Source of the DNA: an uncultured Candidatus Saccharibacteria bacterium
GTDB taxonomy: Bacteria > Patescibacteriota > Saccharimonadia > Saccharimonadales > 2-12-FULL-41-12
Direction: 5' to 3'
DNA length: 64,000 nt
Assembly: GCA_964404795.1 (NCBI GenBank)
Contig: CAYOLI010000001.1
Location: 140,137 to 204,136, forward strand
Below the pieces are notes generated by a model. The model had not been told where the DNA came from. It saw only the letters and a list, made by a program, of their open reading frames with translations, and made no database searches. The translations under genes were made by a program, and so were the position numbers. Of the stretch, positions 9,691 to 19,328 are shown in pieces. The stretch's first letter is position 1. Every line of letters begins with the position of its first letter.

Positions 9691-10556
9691 GCAGTAGTAG
9701 TTCCAAAATATTCAGAGAACATGCGCCAAAAATTTCTATTACCATATGCGCTACAGCCGTCTCCAGTACCGTATAGATTATTTAGAGCTGCAGCATTCGG
9801 CTGGTAGGGGGTGTAGTTATAGAGTCCGGCAGTTGCTTGATTCACTATATATATATTTGATCCACCACAATTGATATTCGGATTGTACTGTACATAGTTA
9901 TTACGATCTTTACGGTAATTGTAGTTGCTGGCATCACGTTCGTATTTTTTGTAAATGCGAGCCGCATTGTATACTTGATTAAAGAAGCCATAGTATTCGG
10001 AATCACAAGGTGCTGTATCGGGGCATCCAAAACCTGTAGCACTCCGGTATTGAATTGTCCATGGCCAGGCATCCGTTAGTAGCCCTTGTTCTTTCTGTAA
10101 TAATACAAGAAGAACTTTGGGGCTGACGCCGCAAGCTTGGGCAACATCGTATATTATTTGAGAACTATTTTTAAAGCCACCATAGTAGGTATTGCATAAA
10201 GCAGATTCAGAATTCCTGTTTGGAGTATTTTCCGTATAGTCCTTTAAGCATGTAAAAGGAGGATAATAACCTCTTGTTGCGCTGTACTGAGCTCTTGTAG
10301 TGGATCCACTATATATAGCAGATCCATTTGTGTCACAAGAAGGTACTTTTACATTCATAAATGTTTGGATCTCTTGTTGCGTCATTGAATATTTATTAAA
10401 GAACACTGTATCATCCGCTATTCTGGCCGCATTAAAATCGCCACCAGACAGAGCATTTGCTGTATGCGACATAGATAAGGAAGCAGCAATAAAAAGGAAG
10501 CCAGAAATCGTAAGAATGGTTATAAATGATTTTTGGGCCAAAACTTTGAGAATCAT
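8499..10556 (-). CDS. Secreted protein: N-terminal hydrolase-like domain plus three ~132-aa Ig-like (NBR1-like) repeats
   Basis: Signal peptide ends ...SHTANA. VSPKVLLVLLQKEQGLL resembles cell-wall glycosidase-associated domains. Three tandem modules each carry ...VFIQ(I/M)KFRNNG...ATFEFWYKAPSTPG. Confidence 0.6.
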   Translation of the reverse strand: MILKVLAQKSFITILTISGFLFIAASLSMSHTANALSGGDFNAARIADDTVFFNKYSMTQQEIQTFMNVKVPSCDTNGSAIYSGSTTRAQYSATRGYYPPFTCLKDYTENTPNRNSESALCNTYYGGFKNSSQIIYDVAQACGVSPKVLLVLLQKEQGLLTDAWPWTIQYRSATGFGCPDTAPCDSEYYGFFNQVYNAARIYKKYERDASNYNYRKDRNNYVQYNPNINCGGSNIYIVNQATAGLYNYTPYQPNAAALNNLYGTGDGCSAYGNRNFWRMFSEYFGTTTAFYATNASQVRTFTDASMTQETSHNQMLAGNKVFIQIKFRNNGDAIWTNYGLGAVRLSTSAGNPFCDTGWISCSRVVDMKESSVGPGGYATFEFWYKAPSTPGAYATQFALVSEMITNIIGDAPMLYTYVNPPLYANNNSQVRVFTDASMGQQINANTLSPNDKVFIQMKFRNNGNVVWKNYGSGAVRLATANNSYFCDLSWINCARPANMKEAEVGLGGYATFEFWYKAPSTPGDYATRFAILAETVSGMDGEEPIIYTRVTPRIYATNASQVRTFTDASMTQETSHNQMLAGNKVFIQIKFRNNGNVAWMRSGVGPVRLAVAASTPSLFCDTSWISCFRPTAQIEDMVNPGQNATFEFWYKAPSTPGAYATQFALVSESVATMSGERPILYTYVN

Positions 10557-11095
10557 TGAATTACCAGGTCCTTTTCTGAAAAGCCGCTTATGGAGTCGGA
10601 ATTATAATTAACTACTACTCTCCATTTACCAGGATTATTGAAGCTAGATCTAGGTATGGATATTGTCTGGCACTGGGTTGTTGTGGCGTCTTTTGTTGCA
10701 GGAACTTGTTTACTAAAATGATTACCTTCTTGGCTTAGGGTTATAGTACAAGTACCAGCAGCAAACACGTTAGTCACAAGCGCGCGTATTTCAATACTTT
10801 GGCCATACTGGCTTGCATCGGTGATAACTACATTCGCGGTGGATGGGGTTGATTGGTTGTTAGCTCGTGCCGCTGAATTGTTTTTAGCGTTATCACTTTC
10901 TTCTTGATCCTCTTTAGTTGCTGGGACATAATTTATTGTTTCATGTTCGGCCAAAGTGGTATTTTGAATATTAGAATCTTTCTTGTTAGTATGGTTGAAA
11001 TTAATATATAAAAAGACCAGTAAAATGCTTATAGCAATACATATTCCTACTGCCAAATACACTTTTTTATTTAACATTAATCTTATTGGTTTCAT
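10553..11095 (-). CDS. Hypothetical membrane-anchored extracytoplasmic protein
   Basis: Single N-terminal TM (VYLAVGICIAISILLVFLYI), then a polar linker and a beta-rich domain. ATGA overlap with the downstream secreted protein. Confidence 0.45.
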   Translation of the reverse strand: MKPIRLMLNKKVYLAVGICIAISILLVFLYINFNHTNKKDSNIQNTTLAEHETINYVPATKEDQEESDNAKNNSAARANNQSTPSTANVVITDASQYGQSIEIRALVTNVFAAGTCTITLSQEGNHFSKQVPATKDATTTQCQTISIPRSSFNNPGKWRVVVNYNSDSISGFSEKDLVIQ

Positions 11096-11191
11096 ATATT
11101 TATTTTAACTTAAGCTTACGATTTTAATTGTAAAACACAGTAGTAAGTAAAGCAAATAAAGTAGCTGGTGAAAATTTATTTAGCAAATAAA

Positions 11192-12676
11192 TCAAGGTCC
11201 AGCATAAAACCTGCTAAAAATAAGAACGAGCATCATAGCTCCTTCTATAAAAACAATACCACCTAGAAGTTTGGGCAGATAGCTTTTTCTAACATAGACT
11301 TTGACATATCTGCCCGTTGTAACGAAAACTAGCAAACCAAGAAGGGGTATAAAATACCTGCCTTGTAATCCTACTATTGCCGGATCAGTACGCGCTGTCC
11401 ATTTGAACCAGAGAAGCAAGGTTAACAGAGTGCAGGTTGATAGAATAATAAACCAAATTAATAGTCTCTCTCTTCTTTCCTTTAGAAAAGTATAATTTTC
11501 TGATAGCAAGGGAATAAGTAATCCCAACAAAACGATAGGTGTTATCCAGGCAGGGTACTTGATGTTAAGAGAGCCAAAACTACCATAAAATGTAATCGCA
11601 GTAAAGTCAGCATGCTCATTATGCATGAAGGTTTTCTGGTCTGTCGGTTTGTTATATTCTGGCGAAATGTTATATACAAAACTTCCAGTCAAGAACCTTA
11701 AGGTATATACAGGCCTATGTACTATATCATTTACAAATTCATTTGCGGTTTTTGTTTCACCAAAACCATCTCGCTGTCGCCACATGGCTAAACCGTTATT
11801 TGTTGTCGTTATGGTTGCCACATTGTAAAGTCCTAAGATACTTAAAATTACTAACATGCAAACTGCAATGTATCTTAGTTTTATAATACTGTGCCTGAAA
11901 ACAGAAGCGGGTATTAAAAATAAGATTAAAGATAGCAGAACATAGGCCTGTTTAGTCAAAGACGCTATGGTAAGCATGGTCAAGAGGCCTATAAGGTATT
12001 TACGATCCACGGGCCTCTTGTTGTATATAAGCATTGCAACCATTGCAATACTTAGCAGGGCCACAGAATTTACAATTCCGTCAGGTGTGATGACTGCAGT
12101 TTGATGAATAGCCATAGGAAAGAGCCCGACCATAACAAAGAACCACTTTTTCTTGGGAATAGTCTTGATCGCGAGGTATACGAGAGTGCCGCATACAGCC
12201 AAATTTGTTAAACGCATCAGCATAATGCTTGTATAAGCAGATAGGCCAAGAACCTTACTTACCGATGCTGTAATGACCATGTGTAAGTAGCCGGTCGATA
12301 GATAGGTTGAGGCATTCTCGAAATATTGAATGGAGGGGGGGGCGTTAATAGGTCCTGATTTGATGTTGTGGGCTAATACGTTGTGGGCTGGTTGGTTTGC
12401 ATTGCTTGAAAATTGATCCTGGTTTAGCTTTATAATTGTGTCGGGTATCTTATAACCATAACCGTTGCTAAACTTATCGAGCTTTAAGTCGAAACTTGAT
12501 AATTCGTAGACCCTATACACATGAGTGGCTTCGTCAGGTCCCATAAAAGGGGGTAGCGTAAAAGATACCAGTAATCCTATTGTAATAAACCATCTTAAGA
12601 AAAACAGCTCAGGGTTGGGGCTGAAAAAGAATTTTATTATAATCCACGGAAAACCCTGTAATATTCTGGTATTCAT
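11192..12676 (-). CDS. Polytopic membrane protein, DUF2142-like (candidate GT-C glycosyltransferase), paralog of 7040..8509
   Basis: GPDEATHVYRVYELS loop motif and about 12 TM segments. It shares ...KKKWFF..GL.PM....A... and GRYFIPLL blocks with 7040..8509. Confidence 0.55.
   Translation of the reverse strand: MNTRILQGFPWIIIKFFFSPNPELFFLRWFITIGLLVSFTLPPFMGPDEATHVYRVYELSSFDLKLDKFSNGYGYKIPDTIIKLNQDQFSSNANQPAHNVLAHNIKSGPINAPPSIQYFENASTYLSTGYLHMVITASVSKVLGLSAYTSIMLMRLTNLAVCGTLVYLAIKTIPKKKWFFVMVGLFPMAIHQTAVITPDGIVNSVALLSIAMVAMLIYNKRPVDRKYLIGLLTMLTIASLTKQAYVLLSLILFLIPASVFRHSIIKLRYIAVCMLVILSILGLYNVATITTTNNGLAMWRQRDGFGETKTANEFVNDIVHRPVYTLRFLTGSFVYNISPEYNKPTDQKTFMHNEHADFTAITFYGSFGSLNIKYPAWITPIVLLGLLIPLLSENYTFLKERRERLLIWFIILSTCTLLTLLLWFKWTARTDPAIVGLQGRYFIPLLGLLVFVTTGRYVKVYVRKSYLPKLLGGIVFIEGAMMLVLIFSRFYAGP
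12345..12352 (-). repeat. Homopolymeric C8 tract (G8 on the + strand) inside the DUF2142-like CDS
   Basis: Read directly: ...tggagggggggggcgtt..., encoding N-A-P-P-S (AAC GCC CCC CCC TCC). Confidence 0.9.
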
Positions 12677-12855
12677 TAAGCGTACACTTTTTGATGATCT
12701 AATGCCGTAATCATATCTTACTGATGTCTAATCTTCTAGTGTCTTGAGCTTGTGTTACCCATAGATCAACTTATAGCTTGATTCATATCTTGCTATTGTC
12801 ATTGCCGTTAATTTCAAGATACTATAGATGTCTAGATAGGATGTAGGAGAAAAAT

Positions 12856-13554
12856 TTGAGTAAAGAGGAGTATCTGTATACAGGACAGACAAACCTAGAG
12901 GTTATGCAGAGTGCTGTTAATTATAACAAGTACTTGCATGATCTTGTTAAACGAGAGATAAGAACTACTACCAAAAAAAACGTAAAGGTTTTAGATTTTG
13001 GCGCAGGGATTGGTACCTATGCAGACATCTTGAAAGATAGAGGAATAAAAGTTGACTGCGTGGAAGTTGACCCAAACGGAGTGTCTGTCTTGAAGAAAAA
13101 AGGATACAAGGTCTACTCGTCAGCCAAAGAAATAAAAAGAAAATATGATATAGTGTACTCTTTTAATGTACTTGAGCATGTCGAAGATGATACAGCTTTA
13201 TTAAGAGAAATGAAGGAAGTAATTAAAGACGATGGGTCGATCATTATCTATGTACCCGCTTTTAACTCTATATTGACTCAGCTCGACGTACTCGTTGAGC
13301 ATTTGAGAAGATATAGATCGAGCGATATGACTTACTTAGCGATAAGAAGTAAGCTTAAGATAAAACGACTGCAATATTGCGACCCGATAGGGTTTATATT
13401 GGCGTATATCTATAAGCTGATTGGCGGTAGTGGCAATCTTAACCCAAAGACAATTTGGATTTTTGATAGAATTTTGTTTCCATTTAGTCGAGCATTAGAA
13501 TTGGTTACAAGAAAGTTATTTGGAAAAAATATTTTAGTTGTATATAAAAAATAA
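12856..13554 (+). CDS. Class I SAM-dependent methyltransferase
   Basis: Canonical motif I VLDFGAGIGTY and FNVLEHVEDD. TTG 12856 follows AGGAGA. Confidence 0.75.
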   Translation: MSKEEYLYTGQTNLEVMQSAVNYNKYLHDLVKREIRTTTKKNVKVLDFGAGIGTYADILKDRGIKVDCVEVDPNGVSVLKKKGYKVYSSAKEIKRKYDIVYSFNVLEHVEDDTALLREMKEVIKDDGSIIIYVPAFNSILTQLDVLVEHLRRYRSSDMTYLAIRSKLKIKRLQYCDPIGFILAYIYKLIGGSGNLNPKTIWIFDRILFPFSRALELVTRKLFGKNILVVYKK

Positions 13555-13563
13555 TTGTTTATT

Positions 13564-14253
13564 ATGATAAAAAACAAAAAAATATCAGTAATTATCCCAT
13601 GTCGAAACGAAGGTGGACATATAGTAGAGGTTATTAACAAAATTCCGAAATATATCGATGAAATTATTGTTGTTAGCAACAAATCTACAGATAACACTAT
13701 TGAAGTTGCAAGTAAAATAGGGGGAAGAGTAAGGGTATATGAGGACAACAGAGTTCTAAAAAGCATTGGTTACGGCTATGCACATATGACGGGAATAAAA
13801 AAATCTAAGGGCGATATCATTATGGCAACTGACGGTGACGGTACGTATCCTATTGAGAGCACTAAAGAAATGGTTATCCATTTATTAGATAATAATTTGG
13901 ATTTTATTTCGTGCAATAGGTACCCCTTAAAAGATGGTACAAGAATACCACTGAAGCTAAAGATTGGTGTGGGTTTATTGAATTTTGAAACCAGGATGCT
14001 TTACGGTATTAAGATAAAAGATATACTATCCGGTATGTGGATATTTAAAAGGGAAATTAAGGATGAGCTTGCTCTGGATATGGGTGATTGGAACCTGAGC
14101 CCACAGATAAAAATAAATGCAGCTACAAACCCTAACATAAAATTTAGTGAGTATAATATTATTCAACACAATAGAGAAGGTGAAACAAAGCAGGACTATT
14201 TTGCAACTGGTTTTTCTCACGCTGTTTGGATTTTAAAGAATCGTTTTAAATGA
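13564..14253 (+). CDS. GT2 polyprenyl-phosphate glycosyltransferase-like (GtrB/DPM1-like)
   Basis: ISVIIPCRNEGG, short GT2 catalytic domain, ATDGDGTYP (DxD). ATG 13564, with an alternative TTG at 13555. Its end overlaps the GtrA gene by 4 nt. Confidence 0.7.
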   Translation: MIKNKKISVIIPCRNEGGHIVEVINKIPKYIDEIIVVSNKSTDNTIEVASKIGGRVRVYEDNRVLKSIGYGYAHMTGIKKSKGDIIMATDGDGTYPIESTKEMVIHLLDNNLDFISCNRYPLKDGTRIPLKLKIGVGLLNFETRMLYGIKIKDILSGMWIFKREIKDELALDMGDWNLSPQIKINAATNPNIKFSEYNIIQHNREGETKQDYFATGFSHAVWILKNRFK

Positions 14254-14684
14254 TAAGCGATAAGGCAAGTCGATTAGTGATAGCTAAGTTCATAGTAGTT
14301 GGTATGGTTGCGTTTTTTGTAAATTACGCAATCCTCGAGCTTGCTCTTCGTTTTGTAACTGGGTCTAAGCCAATTGCAGCTATTTTAGCGATGGTAGTGA
14401 CTATAAATCTAACATATATATTACATACGAAATGGACTTACTTTAGAAAAGATGTAAATTATTATATGTCGTCTTTAAAGAGGTACTTGAGTTATTTGTC
14501 TACTAACAGTACGGGTGCGGTCATTACAATAGTAGGATTTTCAATTTTATCGTTGAGTTTACCTAACTTGATATCACTGGGCATTGCTGCAACTATAGCT
14601 ATGATTTGGAATTTTTTGATGAATCTGATTGTGTGGAGACATAATAGAAGCTTCGGATCAGACATAAAGTCAATTTTGAAATAG
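14250..14684 (+). CDS. GtrA-family small membrane protein
   Basis: 144 aa with 4 TM segments, FIVVGMVAFFVNYAIL and W.F......WRH patterns typical of GtrA. Translationally coupled to the GT2. Confidence 0.7.
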   Translation: MISDKASRLVIAKFIVVGMVAFFVNYAILELALRFVTGSKPIAAILAMVVTINLTYILHTKWTYFRKDVNYYMSSLKRYLSYLSTNSTGAVITIVGFSILSLSLPNLISLGIAATIAMIWNFLMNLIVWRHNRSFGSDIKSILK

Positions 14685-14820
14685 CATCTGCCGCTTTAAG
14701 TGGTTATTGACTATGTCGTGTACGTTTAACTCTGGAATTCGGCTAAGCTCTTTTTTACCTTCTCAATCGAATAAATTGTGCTTGAGCTGAAGGGCTTGTT
14801 AAAATCTTCTGGAGCATATA

Positions 14821-15678
14821 TTACCCTAAACTTGTTAGATATTTTCCATAGCCGGATTTTTTTAGGGGTTTGGCGAGATTAGCTAATTGTTCTTCGTTGA
14901 TGAAACCTTGTTCGTAGGCAATCAGTTCTGGAGATCCGATAATTTGCCCCGTCCTTTTTTGTAATACACGGACATAGTCGGTAGCATCGGATAAGCTATC
15001 TATTGTTCCGGTGTCTAACCATACGTCTCCATCGTCTAGCGTTGTAACCTGGAGTTTGCCACGTTTTAAGTACTCTTCATTAACAGATGTAATTTCGAGC
15101 TCGCCTCGTTCGCTTGGCTGAATATTTTTAGCAATTTCCACTACATCGTTATCATAGAAATATAGGCCAACCACAGCATAGTTTGATTTGGGAGCTGTGG
15201 GCTTTTCTTCAATAGATTTTGCCTGCATATTTTTGTCGAACTCGACAACTCCATAGCGCTGGGGGTCGGAAACCTGATAGGCAAATACAACTCCCCCGTT
15301 TGGATCGGTGCAATTTTTGAGAGATTCATCAAGTTCGGCGCCATGAAATATGTTGTCGCCCAGCACAAGTGCTACTTTATCGCTTCCAATGAATTCTTCT
15401 CCTAACATAAATGCCTGAGCAAGGCCATCGGGCGACGGTTGCTGGACATAATTTAAGTTGATGCCCCATTGTGAACCGTCGCCCAAGAGGTGTTGAAAAG
15501 ATGCTTGATCATGTGGTGTAGTAATAATTAGTATATCTTTTATGCCTGCCTGCATGAGGGTACTTAGAGGGTAATAGACCATTGGCTTGTCGTAAATTGG
15601 TATAAGCTGTTTTGATATACCTTTTGTAATCGGATGCAATCTTGTGCCGCTACCTCCCGCTAGAATAATACCTTTCAT
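14821..15678 (-). CDS. rfbA: Glucose-1-phosphate thymidylyltransferase
   Basis: [23 protein letters not shown] and YDKPM.YYPLS are canonical RmlA motifs. Confidence 0.95.
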   Translation of the reverse strand: MKGIILAGGSGTRLHPITKGISKQLIPIYDKPMVYYPLSTLMQAGIKDILIITTPHDQASFQHLLGDGSQWGINLNYVQQPSPDGLAQAFMLGEEFIGSDKVALVLGDNIFHGAELDESLKNCTDPNGGVVFAYQVSDPQRYGVVEFDKNMQAKSIEEKPTAPKSNYAVVGLYFYDNDVVEIAKNIQPSERGELEITSVNEEYLKRGKLQVTTLDDGDVWLDTGTIDSLSDATDYVRVLQKRTGQIIGSPELIAYEQGFINEEQLANLAKPLKKSGYGKYLTSLG

Positions 15679-15769
15679 GTTGTTAGGCCCTCCAGGTGTA
15701 GTCGATCATGTCACTTAACATATTTTTCTGCATATTACTTCCAAGAGTATACTATTTTGCTATCTTAAA

Positions 15770-15803
15770 CTCCAACCGTTTATGTTGCCATAAACGGTTG
15801 GAG
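15770..15803. repeat. Perfect 14-bp inverted repeat (hairpin, 6-nt loop)
   Basis: ctccaaccgtttat-gttgcc-ataaacggttggag, read directly. Confidence 0.85.
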
Positions 15804-15882
15804 TAAAGAAACCCTGAAAAATATAAGACTTTAATCTGTGCGATTTAAGCGGTATCTCGATTTTTGAAGAATCGTATCATTT

Positions 15883-15923
15883 ACATGCTCTATTCGTATC
15901 AGCATGATACGAATAGAGCATGT
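15883..15923 (-). terminator. Perfect 19-bp hairpin 20 nt downstream of the DUF2283-like gene
   Basis: (a)catgctctattcgtatca-gca-tgatacgaatagagcatg(t). There is no clear U-tract, so terminator function is uncertain. Confidence 0.4.
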
Positions 15924-15942
15924 GGGCAAGAGGATGTATCTG

Positions 15943-16158
15943 TTATGGCGCAGGGTTTAGCTCGATAGGTATACTTGTGGGCTTTGTGGGAAGCTGGACA
16001 TTTTTTGAAGCAGACAACACCTCAACACCGATGATTTGGCCTGAGTCAGAATAGTCAACTAACAAGTCCTTGGTAATTTTTTTACTAGATTTGTAAGGCG
16101 CCTTGTCGTTTAAGGTTATGTACATGGCATCTACATTTTCGTCATAAGTTATCTTCAT
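15943..16158 (-). CDS. DUF2283-like small protein (putative antitoxin)
   Basis: MKITYDENVDAMYITL...LVDYSDSGQIIGVEVLSASK matches the DUF2283 pattern as I remember it. TAATG 1-nt overlap with the upstream gene. Confidence 0.6.
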   Translation of the reverse strand: MKITYDENVDAMYITLNDKAPYKSSKKITKDLLVDYSDSGQIIGVEVLSASKNVQLPTKPTSIPIELNPAP

Positions 16159-16382
16159 TATTTCTCCAAAAAATATTCTGTTATAACAATAACTATATTA
16201 TCCTCTTTTTTGCATACAACCTCAAGGACCTTATCATCATATATTTTCTGTAACACAATTCTATCTTTGAAAGACTCAGAATTGTGGTCGGGAGACTGTA
16301 CCGTATTAATGACCATATCTTTGGTAATGTTCTTTCGGCTTTTAAGTCGGGCTAAGGCGTGTTCGGAAAATTCAATTTTCAT
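16158..16382 (-). CDS. DUF4258-like small protein (putative toxin)
   Basis: The FSEHALARLKSR.I....V pattern and ~74 aa size fit DUF4258. The start overlaps the rfbD end by 11 nt. Confidence 0.55.
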   Translation of the reverse strand: MKIEFSEHALARLKSRKNITKDMVINTVQSPDHNSESFKDRIVLQKIYDDKVLEVVCKKEDNIVIVITEYFLEK

Positions 16383-17223
16383 TTGTTAAATATTCTTTGA
16401 GGTTTTCTTGCCAGTTGCTTGAAATAAATCCCACCGACTGGATTTTTGATAAATCCAGAGTGCTTTGTAGTGGACGAGGGGCAATGCCTGGCTTGTCTTG
16501 GTAGTATTCTTTGGTTGTTGTGTCGGTTACAGTAAGGTCGTCTCTACCTAGGATATTAAAAATTTCTCTGGTAATATCTGCCCAGCTAGCAGAAGGTCCT
16601 TCATTAGAAATATTATAAGTCCCATAGGCCACTTGGTTGGTCAGTAGATGATCTATTGCACGCACTAACTCGCTGGTAAATGTGAGTCGCCCTATTTGAT
16701 CGCTAACTACGGTTGGAGATATATTTTTGTTAGCTAGGTCAACCATTGTGCGAACAAAGTTATCTCCCCTTCCTACAACCCAGGAGGTTCTTAAGATGTA
16801 ATGTTTGGGAGCCATTTGTATTGCAATGTCTCCAGACGCTTTACTGCAACCATAAACATTTAGAGGGCTGAACGGTTCGTTTTCCAGATGTATTTTTTTC
16901 GTACCATCAAAAACATAGTCGGTAGATATATGCACGATTACAATATTATTTTTTTGTGCTATTGCTGACAAATAAGAGGGTGCAACAGCGTTAACCTGCC
17001 ACGCAGAGATGCGCCCGTTTGGTGTCTCTGCGCCGTCTACATTGGTGTAGGCAGCAGCATTTAGTATGTGTGTTACGTTAGACCAATCGTAGTTTGAGAC
17101 GGAATTCTTAGACGTTATGTCTAACTCGCCAATATCGACTTTTTGAGCAGAGGGGTATTTTAGCTGTAGCTCTTTGCCGAGTTGTCCATTTGCTCCAATA
17201 ATCAGTATTTTCGATTCGTCCAT
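16372..17223 (-). CDS. rfbD: dTDP-4-dehydrorhamnose reductase
   Basis: ILIIGANGQLG Rossmann motif, YGCSKASGD (YxxxK), and position in the rml context. Confidence 0.9.
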   Translation of the reverse strand: MDESKILIIGANGQLGKELQLKYPSAQKVDIGELDITSKNSVSNYDWSNVTHILNAAAYTNVDGAETPNGRISAWQVNAVAPSYLSAIAQKNNIVIVHISTDYVFDGTKKIHLENEPFSPLNVYGCSKASGDIAIQMAPKHYILRTSWVVGRGDNFVRTMVDLANKNISPTVVSDQIGRLTFTSELVRAIDHLLTNQVAYGTYNISNEGPSASWADITREIFNILGRDDLTVTDTTTKEYYQDKPGIAPRPLQSTLDLSKIQSVGFISSNWQENLKEYLTNEN

Positions 17224-18794
<1,571 letters not shown>

Positions 18795-18821
18795 TTATTA
18801 CCTGATATACTGGTTTGGTAT

Positions 18822-19328
18822 ATGAGTGAAGAATGGGGTGCAAGGGTTGTCTCTTTCGAGGAGTTTGCAAAGTTAAGACCTAAACTAGGAAAAGTAGTTG
18901 CCACAAGTGGGGGATTTGACCCAATTCACCCAGGGCACATTAGCTGTATTATTGAGAGCAAAAAATATGGCGACACACTAGTAGTAGTTGTAAATGGCGA
19001 TAGTTTTTTGCGAGAAAAAAAAGGACGACCTTTTCAGGACTTAGAAACCAGATCGCTAATAGTTAGCGGTATTGCTGGTGTAGATTATGTGATACCGTTT
19101 GAGATTGAAAACGACCAAACGGTAAATAAAGCGCTAGAGTTTTTGAAGCCAGATATTTTTACAAAAGGTGGCGATAGAGTGGACGAAGAAAGTATCCCAG
19201 AGTGGGAGACGTGTAAAAAATATGGCATAAAAGTTGTTTCTGGTGTTGGTGCTGATAAGAAATGGTCTAGCAGTTGGTTTTTAAATGACTGGAATAAGGC
19301 GCACACAAATGGAGAGATTAAGTCGTGA
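18822..19328 (+). CDS. Cytidylyl/adenylyl-transferase-like nucleotidyltransferase (HldC/TagD-like)
   Basis: SGGFDPIHPGHISCI (HxGH motif). Start at ATG 18822 (MSEEW); the upstream part of ORF 18687 overlaps rfbB antisense. Confidence 0.7.
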   Translation: MSEEWGARVVSFEEFAKLRPKLGKVVATSGGFDPIHPGHISCIIESKKYGDTLVVVVNGDSFLREKKGRPFQDLETRSLIVSGIAGVDYVIPFEIENDQTVNKALEFLKPDIFTKGGDRVDEESIPEWETCKKYGIKVVSGVGADKKWSSSWFLNDWNKAHTNGEIKS

